Positions 29,462 through 38,821 of a stretch of 64,000 nucleotides of DNA are shown here, piece after piece. The stretch comes from a virus, in the IMG/VR virus record IMGVR_UViG_3300037068_000078, positions 13,729 to 77,728 of that record. One strand, given 5' to 3'. A program made the position numbers and the translations under genes. A model generated the notes under the pieces. That model saw nothing but the letters and a program-made list of their open reading frames with translations. It searched no databases and was not told the DNA's origin. Every line of letters begins with the position of its first letter. Position 1 is the stretch's first letter.

Positions 29462-30408
29462 AGTCCGGCATCCAGCGCTTCTTCGCCTACGCACGCGCCC
29501 GCCACGAGATCACCCTGCGGCGGGCGCTGGGGCTACCGCGTCCGTGGACCAAGGACAGCATCCTTGACACGTACCGCTTCACGTGCGTGTTCCGCGAGCA
29601 GGACAAGACAACCAAGTGGTTCCGGCAGAACGTGCGTGACCCCATGCGCAATGCACAGTCAGTGCTGCTAGCAACGGTGGTGTTCCGCATGCTCAATCGC
29701 ATCGAGGTGGGCGAGGCCATCTTTCATGCCGAGTACAAGAACGGCGGCACGGCGTGGGATGCCTTCCTCGAGAGCCGCGACGTGCGCCACCTGCAGCGCG
29801 CCATCAAGCGAGCCATCCCGGACGGTCCCTACGTCACGGGCGGGTACATCATCACGTCTCCCCCCGGCTGCCCGAAGTTGGAGGGCATGATGAAGGTGAT
29901 CAAGTCCTTTGAGCGGGGGGAGGAAGAGTGGGAGGGGCTTGGCGCTGGCATAATCGGCACGATGAATTGGGACGGCGAGGAGGGGGCAGCAGAGTACATG
30001 CTGCACAATCGCGGCGATGTCACGCTCGAGAGTTGCTGGCGCTGGCTGCGTCGCTTCAAGTGGTTCGGTGACTTCCACTCGTACGAGATCGTGACGGACC
30101 TGCGTCACACGCGACTGCTCGACATGGCACCTGACATCAACACTTGGGCCAATCCCGGCCCCGGTGCAAATCGCGGGGCGAACCGCGTGTACGGCCGTGA
30201 CAAGGACACGCGCAATAGCAAGGAGAAGCTGAACGCGGAGATGCATGAACTTCTTGGTCATTCACTTGATAGCAAGTTGTGGCCGCAACGACCAGTCAAT
30301 GAATGGCCAAGATGGGAGATGCGAGACGTAGAGCACACGCTCTGCGAGTTCGACAAGTACGAGCGCGTGCGGCTGGGCGAGGGGCGTCCTCGCGGAGTCT
30401 ACAGGTGA
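29458..30408 (+). CDS. 5-hydroxymethyluracil DNA kinase (5-HMUDK; aGPT-Pplase1 family)
   Basis: PWT.D.IL..YRF..V.RE.D.TT, Y...TDL, GPGA.RG, D.EH.LCEFDKY.R. Confidence 0.85.
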   Translation: MKSGIQRFFAYARARHEITLRRALGLPRPWTKDSILDTYRFTCVFREQDKTTKWFRQNVRDPMRNAQSVLLATVVFRMLNRIEVGEAIFHAEYKNGGTAWDAFLESRDVRHLQRAIKRAIPDGPYVTGGYIITSPPGCPKLEGMMKVIKSFERGEEEWEGLGAGIIGTMNWDGEEGAAEYMLHNRGDVTLESCWRWLRRFKWFGDFHSYEIVTDLRHTRLLDMAPDINTWANPGPGANRGANRVYGRDKDTRNSKEKLNAEMHELLGHSLDSKLWPQRPVNEWPRWEMRDVEHTLCEFDKYERVRLGEGRPRGVYR

Positions 30409-30409
30409 C

Positions 30410-30955
30410 ATGGCACTGACTGATGAAGAGAAAGAGAAGTTCCGGGCAGCGGTGACCAGCGGCGAATACTCCATGTCGCAGATCGCCAGGATGTTCAACA
30501 TGGTCTCAGTCAACGCGGCGATAGGGAGGGCGCACCGCATGGGTATCTCAAACGGCAGGGCACCGCTGAACAATAACAAGCGCCGTTTACCCGAGGGCTC
30601 GGGTCTCGAGCTCATAAAGAAGATCGGGGCTGGCATACCGCGCAGGCCGCGCGGTCGTCCACCGGGCAGCATGAGACTGACGTTCACGCCACCGCTCGGT
30701 GATGTCACGCCACCCAAGCTGAAGTTGATAGCAGAGTGGGACAAGAAGAAGTTTCCGCAGCCGAACGCCGCGTGCTTCGACTGCATCAACCTGTTCACGC
30801 AGTGCAAGTGGCCCATTCGTGATGAGCCAGTTCAGTTCTGCGGTGAGTTAAAGCGTGAAGCGAAACCGGGTGAGAAGTTGAACGATGTGCCGTATTGTGA
30901 TAGGCACTCCAAGATGGCTAAACAGGAACCGTACAAGAAGGGAGAGCAGTGGTGA
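30410..30955 (+). CDS. gcrA: GcrA-like transcriptional regulator
   Basis: S.SQIA......NA.IG.AHR.G HTH and C-terminal CKWP...FCG...PYC..H. Confidence 0.8.
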   Translation: MALTDEEKEKFRAAVTSGEYSMSQIARMFNMVSVNAAIGRAHRMGISNGRAPLNNNKRRLPEGSGLELIKKIGAGIPRRPRGRPPGSMRLTFTPPLGDVTPPKLKLIAEWDKKKFPQPNAACFDCINLFTQCKWPIRDEPVQFCGELKREAKPGEKLNDVPYCDRHSKMAKQEPYKKGEQW

Positions 30956-31737
30956 GAGTTTATATCCCAAGCATGGGCCGGGCGGGTGACATCGGCGCGA
31001 AGGTGATGACGTGCAACTACATTGACCGTGCGACCTACGTGGTGCCCTCGGCGGAGGTCAAGCGATATCAGAACTCGCTCGGCATGCGCAAGGGCACGTA
31101 CGAAGTACTTGCCTGCGACGAGGTCGGCATCGCGCAGACGCGGCGCTGGATCGGTGAGCAGGCCGCGTCGCGCAAGGAGGCCTCCTTCTGCATGATGGAC
31201 GACGACCTGCGCTTTGCCGTGCGCGAGGGCAAGGATGGCATCAAGCTGCGCAATGCCGAGCGCCCGGACGTGGCAGCGATGCTGGAGTGGATTGCGGGCA
31301 GCTTAGGCAAGTACGCGCACGTCAGCGTATCGGCGCGTGACAAGAACCACACGAACACAGACGCGCATGACGTCAACTGTCGCACCCTGCGCGTGCTGGC
31401 CTACCAGACCAAGAAGTTCTTGGCGATGGAGCACGGGCGGGTGGCCGTGATGGAGGACTTCGACGTCAACCTGCAGCTGTTGCGCAGCGGCGAACAGAAC
31501 ATCTGCTCGTTCGTGTTCGCCAGCGACCAGCGCGAGACGGGATCCAAGGGTGGGTGCAGCAGCTACCGCACGTTGGAACTGCACAACGCAGCTGCGCATC
31601 GCATCGTGGAGCTTCACGCGCCCTTCGCCAAGCTGCGTGAGAAGGAGACCAAGGCCAAGGGCGTGTTGAGCAAGCGCATGGAGGTCACTATCTTTTGGAA
31701 GAAAGCGTTCGCATCGAGCCAGAGGAGAGCCGCATGA
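30949..31737 (+). CDS. GT-A fold glycosyltransferase (TET-associated/GREB1-like type)
   Basis: IPS.GRA, GIA.TR.WI, MMDDD, MEDFD..LQLL..G, GGCS..RT. Confidence 0.75.
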   Translation: MVRVYIPSMGRAGDIGAKVMTCNYIDRATYVVPSAEVKRYQNSLGMRKGTYEVLACDEVGIAQTRRWIGEQAASRKEASFCMMDDDLRFAVREGKDGIKLRNAERPDVAAMLEWIAGSLGKYAHVSVSARDKNHTNTDAHDVNCRTLRVLAYQTKKFLAMEHGRVAVMEDFDVNLQLLRSGEQNICSFVFASDQRETGSKGGCSSYRTLELHNAAAHRIVELHAPFAKLREKETKAKGVLSKRMEVTIFWKKAFASSQRRAA

Positions 31738-31982
31738 ATAACCCGTACGTTTGGGCCGCGCTCGCTGTTGCCGTTACACTGTGTGCACTTGGTGCAGCGT
31801 GGCGGATGGCGCACCGCGCGGAGCGTCACAGCCGCGATGAGTACGACCGGTTGATGCGCCGCGTGGGCACGGACGGCGCGTACTACTACGGCGAAAGCGA
31901 CACGGTCTATGACGAGTCCGGCATGTCGGCGGGCTTCGGCGTGGGACCACTGATCAAGAAGGATGGGAAAGATGGCGTATAA
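31734..31982 (+). CDS. Small membrane protein
   Basis: N-terminal hydrophobic helix. Confidence 0.5.
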   Translation: MNNPYVWAALAVAVTLCALGAAWRMAHRAERHSRDEYDRLMRRVGTDGAYYYGESDTVYDESGMSAGFGVGPLIKKDGKDGV

Positions 31983-32946
31983 GCAGGAGCCGCCGTTCGC
32001 GGTGCAGATCGAGCTCGCAGAGGGGTGCAACCTGCGCTGCTCCTTCTGCGGGCTGAATGGCATACGCGGCAAGGAGAACGACTTCAAGGTGATGACGGAC
32101 AAGGTGCTGCAGTCCGCCATCAAGCAAATGCTGGCGTTGAACTGGAACCCGCGCATTGAGTTCGCAATGCACGGCGAGCCCACCATGCATCCAGGCTTCG
32201 TGGACATGGTGAAGATCGTGCGCTGGCTCGCGCCCAAGTTCCACATCATGATGACCAGCAACGGCGGCGGACTGCTGAAGAAGCCGGGGCCGGTGCAGCT
32301 GATTAAGGACCTGTTCGACGGTGGGCTCAACTGCCTAGCGCTGGACGACTACCAGGACGCGAAGCTGGTGCCGAAGATCCGCGCGGCACTGGGGAACAAC
32401 CTGGGCGAGCACGTGGACGCGCAGGTGTACGAATATCCGGAGGACAAACGTGGCAACCCGCACGCAAGACATCATCGACGCTCACTCGTCTTCATTCAAG
32501 CGATTGATGCAGCAACGACAGGAACTCACTCGCATCTCAACAATCATGCTGGAGCGGGAGCTCCTCCTAATGATGACGGCGCTGGGAAGAGATGCGCTAA
32601 GCCATTTCGCGAACTTTCAATACGATGGGACGGTAACGTGGCGGTCTGCTGCAATGACTGGCGAGGTGTTTACAAATGCGGAAATGTTGTTTCGGACGGT
32701 CTTGACACCGTCTGGAATGGTGATCCAATGCGCGCTGCCAGAGTTAAGCTCTACCACGGAGAGCGAGACTTTGGTCCATGCAACGGCTGCGATGCTAAGT
32801 CGGATCGCGTCGGACTTCTTCCAGATAAATTCGGCCGTGAGGATCTACCGAGAGTTTCAGCCGCCGTCAAGCGAGCAATCGGAGCCGCGCTTGAAGGTGA
32901 TAGTTATACAAAAGCTGTACTGAGACCATGGGAGGTGGGGAAGTGA
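31963..32946 (+). CDS. Radical SAM protein with SPASM/Twitch domain
   Basis: CNLRCSFC, GEP, TSNG, C..PF..L.I..DG.V..CC.D, C..C. Confidence 0.9.
   Translation: MGKMAYKQEPPFAVQIELAEGCNLRCSFCGLNGIRGKENDFKVMTDKVLQSAIKQMLALNWNPRIEFAMHGEPTMHPGFVDMVKIVRWLAPKFHIMMTSNGGGLLKKPGPVQLIKDLFDGGLNCLALDDYQDAKLVPKIRAALGNNLGEHVDAQVYEYPEDKRGNPHARHHRRSLVFIQAIDAATTGTHSHLNNHAGAGAPPNDDGAGKRCAKPFRELSIRWDGNVAVCCNDWRGVYKCGNVVSDGLDTVWNGDPMRAARVKLYHGERDFGPCNGCDAKSDRVGLLPDKFGREDLPRVSAAVKRAIGAALEGDSYTKAVLRPWEVGK
32450..32923 (+). CDS. Candidate overprinted protein (157 aa) in the +1 frame of the radical SAM gene
   Basis: GGAGG 6 nt before GTG; ordinary residue composition; coincides with a codon-usage shift in the host gene. 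Confidence 0.4.
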   Translation: MATRTQDIIDAHSSSFKRLMQQRQELTRISTIMLERELLLMMTALGRDALSHFANFQYDGTVTWRSAAMTGEVFTNAEMLFRTVLTPSGMVIQCALPELSSTTESETLVHATAAMLSRIASDFFQINSAVRIYREFQPPSSEQSEPRLKVIVIQKLY

Positions 32947-33155
32947 ATACAGAAGAGAACACAGTTAAGCTGGTGGGACAGATAGAGAGGCGCACCGACT
33001 ACATCGCCACCATCAACGGCGTGCTTCATCAGCTGTGGTGCCTCACGGACATGGCCCAGTATCACCAGCGATGGGAGTGGCGCAAGGTGCCGTTCTACTC
33101 CAACGAGGAGGCATTGAAGATCGGTACGATCGTGGGAGGAGACAAGGCGCTGTGA
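32943..33155 (+). CDS. Small hypothetical protein
   Basis: GTGA coupling on both sides. Confidence 0.5.
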   Translation: MNTEENTVKLVGQIERRTDYIATINGVLHQLWCLTDMAQYHQRWEWRKVPFYSNEEALKIGTIVGGDKAL

Positions 33156-33628
33156 GGAAGCCCATCATCATCGGCATGAACAACCCCATCAGCCTTGCGC
33201 CCGGTCACGAGCTCTATCCGCTGCCCGATGGCTGCACCGGCAACCGGCTGTGGAAGATGTTGGACGCCAGCATGCAGACGCGCGGCAAGGGGCGCGTGAA
33301 GATGAAAGCGTACCTCGACGCGTTCGAGCGGCGCAACTTGGTGATCGACAAGGCGTGGAACAAGGTGGCGGCCCGCGCACGCGCCCACGAGATATCCATC
33401 GAGCTCTTCGGTAGCAAGCGCACGGTGGTCCTACTAGGCACGGAGGTAGCAAACGCCTTCGGCCTCCCCCCGCTCAAGCTTGTTCCGACGATGGTCGGGG
33501 GGATTGTATTCCGGCAGGTGCCGCACCCGTCGGGAAGGAACCTCTGGTACAACACGCCGGAGAACATGGTCAGCGTGGGGAACCTGCTCGCTGACCTATA
33601 TGAGGAGAGCATTCGTGAAGATGCCTGA
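33152..33628 (+). CDS. Uracil-DNA glycosylase superfamily protein
   Basis: IIG.N, TG.RL, VVLLG..V, PHPSGRN.WYN. Confidence 0.65.
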   Translation: MRKPIIIGMNNPISLAPGHELYPLPDGCTGNRLWKMLDASMQTRGKGRVKMKAYLDAFERRNLVIDKAWNKVAARARAHEISIELFGSKRTVVLLGTEVANAFGLPPLKLVPTMVGGIVFRQVPHPSGRNLWYNTPENMVSVGNLLADLYEESIREDA

Positions 33629-33935
33629 GTGTAGTTGCTACGCGGCTGACGCCGTGGCTGCAGAGAACTTGAACTACGACGTGGCGTGGGCAGCTGCTCA
33701 CTCCGCTGAGTTAGCGGCGACGTTGAACGGAATATGTAAGGAGGCGTACCCGTACTACGTCAACACCGTAGTCGTCATGCTGCTGCGGAGCGTAGCAATA
33801 CACACCAAGGGCAAGAGGAAGGAGGACGAGCGCTTTTTGGAGATACTGGAGACGCTCGTGGGTGATGTTAAAATGCGCGACGACGTATTGAACGCGCTGC
33901 TGGAGCGCAACAGAGAGGGAAGAACCAATCAATGA
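33621..33935 (+). CDS. Hypothetical protein
   Basis: Coupled ORF before the TS homologue. Confidence 0.5.
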   Translation: MPECSCYAADAVAAENLNYDVAWAAAHSAELAATLNGICKEAYPYYVNTVVVMLLRSVAIHTKGKRKEDERFLEILETLVGDVKMRDDVLNALLERNREGRTNQ

Positions 33936-35011
33936 AAGTCATCAAGGGCCGGAACGTGAATGGGCTTTATGCCGTGGGCCACGACTACTTGACGTCGTAT
34001 GGCGAGGAGGGGACGTCGCGCGCGGGGTCGGTGCTGGTATCACCCAAGCCCGTCACCTCGGTGTACCTGCAGCCGCGCGAGCGCGTGCTGTTCGACGCCG
34101 TGCGCAACGCCAACCCGTTCTTCCACATGATGGAGGGGCTGTGGATGCTGGCAGGACGCAGCGACGCCAAGTTTCTGAACCACTACGTGCGCGACTTCGG
34201 CAAGAATTTTGCGGAGGATGGTCTGTACATTCACGGCGCGTATGGTGACAGGTGGCGGAGCGCATTCGGCTTCGACCAGCTGACTGAGATTGTGGACAAG
34301 CTGCGCAAGAACCCGGACGACCGCCAGTGCGTATTGCAGATGTGGGACTCGCGCCCTGGCGCGCAGCACGACGCGGGATGCGACGACCTGATGGGCGAGT
34401 GGAAGGACCGGCCCTGCAACACGCAGGCGTTCTTCCGCGTGCGCAAGGAGCACACGTTTCGGTTTCGCGGCGGCGAGTCGACCTACGACGACAAGCTCGA
34501 CATGACCATCTGCTGCCGCAGCAACGACATCGTGTGGGGTGCCTACGGCGCGAACGCCGTGCACTTCAGCATGCTGCAGGAGTACATGGCCGGGCGCATC
34601 GGCGTGGATGTCGGCACGCTCTATCAGGTGTCGAACAACTACCACGGTTATACGGCGGTGCTCGACGCGCTGGGCGACCCCATGCTGCAGGAGAGCGATC
34701 TGTACACCAGCGGCGAGGTCCACGCGCTGGACATGGGCACCGACTGGGGCAGGTGGGACGAGGACCTGAAGCACTTCATGAAGTGGCACGACGACATTTT
34801 GTGGGCTGAGGGCCACGTGTCGTTCGGGACGAGCTTCTTCAACGAGTGGTTCACGCAGGTACCGATGCGCGCGGCTATTTCCAATTGGTGTCACCGCCGA
34901 GGCGACAAGGAGAAAGCGCTCGACTTCGCAAGTCGCATCGCCGCAAGCGACTGGCGCACCGCCTGCACGCAGTGGCTTCAGCGCAGGTACGACGGGAGCA
35001 ACGGCAAGTGA
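33932..35011 (+). CDS. Thymidylate synthase homologue, probable dUMP hydroxymethylase
   Basis: NPFF...E.LW.L.G, GAYG.R, RQ.V...W, PCN, RSND..WG..GAN; clustered with 5-HMUDK. Confidence 0.85.
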   Translation: MKVIKGRNVNGLYAVGHDYLTSYGEEGTSRAGSVLVSPKPVTSVYLQPRERVLFDAVRNANPFFHMMEGLWMLAGRSDAKFLNHYVRDFGKNFAEDGLYIHGAYGDRWRSAFGFDQLTEIVDKLRKNPDDRQCVLQMWDSRPGAQHDAGCDDLMGEWKDRPCNTQAFFRVRKEHTFRFRGGESTYDDKLDMTICCRSNDIVWGAYGANAVHFSMLQEYMAGRIGVDVGTLYQVSNNYHGYTAVLDALGDPMLQESDLYTSGEVHALDMGTDWGRWDEDLKHFMKWHDDILWAEGHVSFGTSFFNEWFTQVPMRAAISNWCHRRGDKEKALDFASRIAASDWRTACTQWLQRRYDGSNGK

Positions 35012-35622
35012 TCGACGAGATCGAGAGCGACCCGCGCATTGCGGGGCAGATCACGCGATACCACACGTGGCCGCGCCTGCGCGACCAATCCGTGGGCGAG
35101 CACAGCTGGCAGATCACTCGCATCCTGCTGACCGTGTGGCCCGCCTGCCCGCGTCGCATGTTGGTGCACGCCACGCTGCACGACGTGGGCGAGATGGCCG
35201 GGGACATACCGTACCCTGGCAAGCGCAACGACCCGGTGCTGAAGGACAGAATGGACGCGGCCGAGCGGGCGGTGCATTACAGAATGACGGAGCGGTGGCG
35301 CTTGCCCTCGCCCGCCATCCTGTCTCACTACGAGGAGAAGGTGTTCAAGTGCATCGAGTACATCGAGATGTGGGAGTACGGCCTGCAGGAGCAGAACCTC
35401 GGCAACAAGTACGGCGCGGTCGTCTCACTGCGCATGATCGTGGCGGCCAACGCGTTGATCGACGCGCTGGTGCCAACGCGCGGTGACCCGGACATTCGTC
35501 CGTCGATCCGCAAGTACGTGGACGAGCGCAAGCGGCAGGAGTGGGGAGCAGAGGGCGTGCCCCCGCGCCTGAGAGCCGAGCAGGCAATCGAGAAGCAACA
35601 GGAGGAGCAGAGCAATGGCTAA
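35008..35622 (+). CDS. HD-domain 5'-deoxynucleotidase-like protein
   Basis: RYH......QSVGEHS, LHD.GE..GDIP. Confidence 0.85.
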   Translation: MIDEIESDPRIAGQITRYHTWPRLRDQSVGEHSWQITRILLTVWPACPRRMLVHATLHDVGEMAGDIPYPGKRNDPVLKDRMDAAERAVHYRMTERWRLPSPAILSHYEEKVFKCIEYIEMWEYGLQEQNLGNKYGAVVSLRMIVAANALIDALVPTRGDPDIRPSIRKYVDERKRQEWGAEGVPPRLRAEQAIEKQQEEQSNG

Positions 35623-36505
35623 CACGGGAATGGAACACATGAAGCACCTGCAGGCGGTCGTGGATAGCGACGTCCGCGTGCTGCAGAAGAAGGAGGCGAC
35701 CTACCAGGGCAGCTGGAAGCGCGCTGGCGGGCGCTCGGCTTGGTTCATGATGCGCCGGAACATGGACCGGCTCATCGAGATGATGAAGAAGCCCGACGCC
35801 GGACACGGCTTCAGCGTCGAGGACCTCGACGATGCCATCCGTCACGCCACAGTGCGCGAGCCCACGAACCAAGATGTCACGCTTGACGCGTCGATAGTTA
35901 AGTACCTGCGCGACAGCTACTTGGCCGAGAACGTGTTCGCCAAGATCCGCGAGAACCCGGATGGCCGCGATGGCACCGTGCTCGCCTGCCTGCGCGACCT
36001 GCGTCGCTACCTCACGCTCATCGAGGCCGAGATGATCTCGCGCGGCGTCGTGAAGAACGAGATGCCAGCAACGCTCGATGAGCTGTTGACCAAGCCACTC
36101 GTTGTAATGGAGACAGTTGTCACGACTGATCCAGTGCGCGCCCCATGGCAGATCTGCCACGCGCCCATGTCGCTCGACAGTCCACAGGAGACCGAGTTAC
36201 TGCAGCACTTCTACTCGCAGCGCACGGAGACCATGTGGCAGCTGGAGCCGTTCGTCGTGAGCGATAACCTACCGCGCTCACTAGTGAGCTACTACAATCT
36301 ATCGGCACACGACAATCGAACGTGGGTGCTGCGCGTGCAGAATGCGCCCGCAGAACTGCGCGACCAGTGGCCGCGTCTGCAGCCAGAGCTCAACGCCAAG
36401 GAGCACGAGGACCACCCGAACCGTTTCATGTACGAGTGGCTAGACGGCCCGCAGAAGTACAGGCTGCGCGACAGGTACGTCACGTTCTGGGGGAGGGAGG
36501 CGTGA
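35615..36505 (+). CDS. MazG-like nucleotide-modification-associated protein
   Basis: L.KK...Y..SW, R..DRL, L.DL..Y..L. Confidence 0.6.
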   Translation: MANTGMEHMKHLQAVVDSDVRVLQKKEATYQGSWKRAGGRSAWFMMRRNMDRLIEMMKKPDAGHGFSVEDLDDAIRHATVREPTNQDVTLDASIVKYLRDSYLAENVFAKIRENPDGRDGTVLACLRDLRRYLTLIEAEMISRGVVKNEMPATLDELLTKPLVVMETVVTTDPVRAPWQICHAPMSLDSPQETELLQHFYSQRTETMWQLEPFVVSDNLPRSLVSYYNLSAHDNRTWVLRVQNAPAELRDQWPRLQPELNAKEHEDHPNRFMYEWLDGPQKYRLRDRYVTFWGREA

Positions 36506-36777
36506 GCATCACGTACAACCCGGCCACGCTTAGGTTCGGCTGCGACGCGTGCGACGAGGCATTGGTTATAGAGGAGAGCGCTGGGGGCGGGGCTGACAGG
36601 CTGCCTCCCGCGTGGGGCAGAGTATCACTGTCCACTGGAGCAGACCCCAACACGGGATGGTACGAGGCAACAAGCTCGATCCTGTGCCCCGCATGCGTGA
36701 TCAAATACAAGAAAAAGGTGATAGGTGAAGGCGACGACAAAAAGCATACGGCCCCGTCGGCAGGTTCTCAATCCTAA
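36502..36777 (+). CDS. Small zinc-finger protein
   Basis: CDAC...P..W...LCPAC. Confidence 0.5.
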   Translation: MSITYNPATLRFGCDACDEALVIEESAGGGADRLPPAWGRVSLSTGADPNTGWYEATSSILCPACVIKYKKKVIGEGDDKKHTAPSAGSQS

Positions 36778-38821
36778 CCAGATGCCGTTGATCACGCCGA
36801 ACTCCACGTGGGTTCGGCCGTCGGAACTCCCGGACCTGCGAGGGCTCCGGGAGTTCGCCATTGACACAGAGGAGAAGGACGATGGACTTGCCAACGATCG
36901 CGGCCCCGGTTGGGTGTACGGCGCTGGTCACGTTGCTGGTGTTAGCTGCGCTTGGCGCGAGGGCGACGGCACGCTGCGGTCGATCTACGCACCCGTACGC
37001 CACCCGGACAGCGACTGCTTCGATCACGACGCTGTACGCAGGTGGCTCAAGGACCACTTCAACTGTGGTGCGCGGGTCATATTCCAGAACGGGCCGTACG
37101 ACCTAGGTTGGATCGAGCAGGACTTCGGCGTTAAGGCTCCGGAGCACATCGACGACATCGGCTGCATGGCGGTGATGATCGACGAGACACATCGCGAGTA
37201 CAGCCTGGACGCCATCTCGCGGCGACTGGGGCGGCAGGGCAAGAACATGCGCGAGCTCATCGAGGCCGCGCACGCCTACGGCTATCCAGCTGCCAAGGTC
37301 AAGGAGGCGATCGGCAGGATGCCCGCGCGCTACGTGGGGCCGTATGCAGAACAAGACGCAGTCGAGACGCTGCTCGGGGCCGAGGACATGCGGCCGGAGT
37401 TGGCGGAGCAGGGCTTGCTCAACGCCTACCAGCTGGAGATGGATCTCATCCCGCTGATCCACGCCATGCGCAAGCGCGGCATTCGCATGGACATGGACCG
37501 GCTGTACGCAAACCGCGACAAGCTCTACGAGATGCGCGACGAGACGCTGAAGGAGATACAGCGCAGGTGCGGTGGCCGCCAGCTGGTGATGGAGGACATC
37601 CGCTCGGAGGACTGGCTGCACCGCACGTTCGGCGCGCAGGGTGTCGAGTACCGGGGTGACGATGGCTCCTATAACTTCCAAAAGGACTGGATGCGTCAAG
37701 GCTACCTGGGACGCTACCAGGACGGCAAGGAGGGCCACTGGCTGCCGCTACTGGTGGCGCGTGCCAAGCAATGTCACGATAGCGCCGACAAGTTCATCGA
37801 TGGCTTCCTCATCAACTTCGCGCACAACGGGCGCATCCATGCCAGCATCAATCAGTTCCTGAACGAGGACGGTGGCACCCGCACGCACCGCTTCTCCTAC
37901 TCTGATCCCCCGCTCCAACAGATGCCGAGCCGGGGGGAGATGCTGATAAAGACGTGGCTGTTGACGAAGCAGATCGTGGAGATGATCCGCGTGTGCTTCC
38001 TGCCGGAGCGTGGTGAGAAATGGTTCAGCCCGGACTACTCGCAGCAGGAGTACCGGCTGATGGTGCACTACGCTGCGATGGAGGAGTTGACGAAGGCGGA
38101 CTGGGCCGCGCAGAAATACATCGACGACGTCAACACCGACTTCCACAACATGGTGGTGGAGATGACGGGCTTGCCGCGCCAGCGCGCCAAGGACGTGAAC
38201 TTCGCCAAGTCGTACGGCGCTGGCCTGAAGAAGTTCGCGGCCATGACGGGCATGACGCTGGAGGAGTCTGAGAAGACAATCACGCAGTACGACACCGAGA
38301 TGCCGTTCATTAAGCAGTTGAACGAGCGCTGCGACAAGGCCGCGCAGCAGCGCGGGTACATCGTGATGCTCGACGGCGCACGCATGCACTTCAACACCTG
38401 GGAGTGCGCCAAGTGGATCGACTACGACGTCAAGCGCGCGGCGGAGTTCGCGGGCTATAAGCAGAACGACTGCCACAAGGATGAGGCGCTTGAGCGCACG
38501 CGCACACCGGGGCATCCGTGGTTCGGCAAGCCGTTGCGCCGCGCCAACACGCGCAAGGCCATGAACGGCTTGATCCAGGGTGGGTCGGCGCGCATGGGCA
38601 AGCGCGCGATGCGCGACATGTGGCGCGAGGGCTACGTGCCGCTCGTGCAGATGCATGACGAATTCCCCAACTCCGTCGCGAAGGAGAAGGATGGCAAGCG
38701 CATTGCTGAGATCATGCGGTCTGCCTTCAAGGGGCGCGTGCCGTTCAAGGTGGATGAGGAGTACGGACCCAATTGGGGAGAGGCGAAATACAAATGGAAG
38801 GAAGTCAAGGCAGCAGCATGA
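36725..38821 (+). CDS. DNA polymerase, family A
   Basis: Exonuclease motifs DTE, N..YD, YA..D; T.RFS...P.LQQ.P, DYSQQEYR, K..NF...YG, IQG, HDE. Confidence 0.95.
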   Translation: MKATTKSIRPRRQVLNPNQMPLITPNSTWVRPSELPDLRGLREFAIDTEEKDDGLANDRGPGWVYGAGHVAGVSCAWREGDGTLRSIYAPVRHPDSDCFDHDAVRRWLKDHFNCGARVIFQNGPYDLGWIEQDFGVKAPEHIDDIGCMAVMIDETHREYSLDAISRRLGRQGKNMRELIEAAHAYGYPAAKVKEAIGRMPARYVGPYAEQDAVETLLGAEDMRPELAEQGLLNAYQLEMDLIPLIHAMRKRGIRMDMDRLYANRDKLYEMRDETLKEIQRRCGGRQLVMEDIRSEDWLHRTFGAQGVEYRGDDGSYNFQKDWMRQGYLGRYQDGKEGHWLPLLVARAKQCHDSADKFIDGFLINFAHNGRIHASINQFLNEDGGTRTHRFSYSDPPLQQMPSRGEMLIKTWLLTKQIVEMIRVCFLPERGEKWFSPDYSQQEYRLMVHYAAMEELTKADWAAQKYIDDVNTDFHNMVVEMTGLPRQRAKDVNFAKSYGAGLKKFAAMTGMTLEESEKTITQYDTEMPFIKQLNERCDKAAQQRGYIVMLDGARMHFNTWECAKWIDYDVKRAAEFAGYKQNDCHKDEALERTRTPGHPWFGKPLRRANTRKAMNGLIQGGSARMGKRAMRDMWREGYVPLVQMHDEFPNSVAKEKDGKRIAEIMRSAFKGRVPFKVDEEYGPNWGEAKYKWKEVKAAA

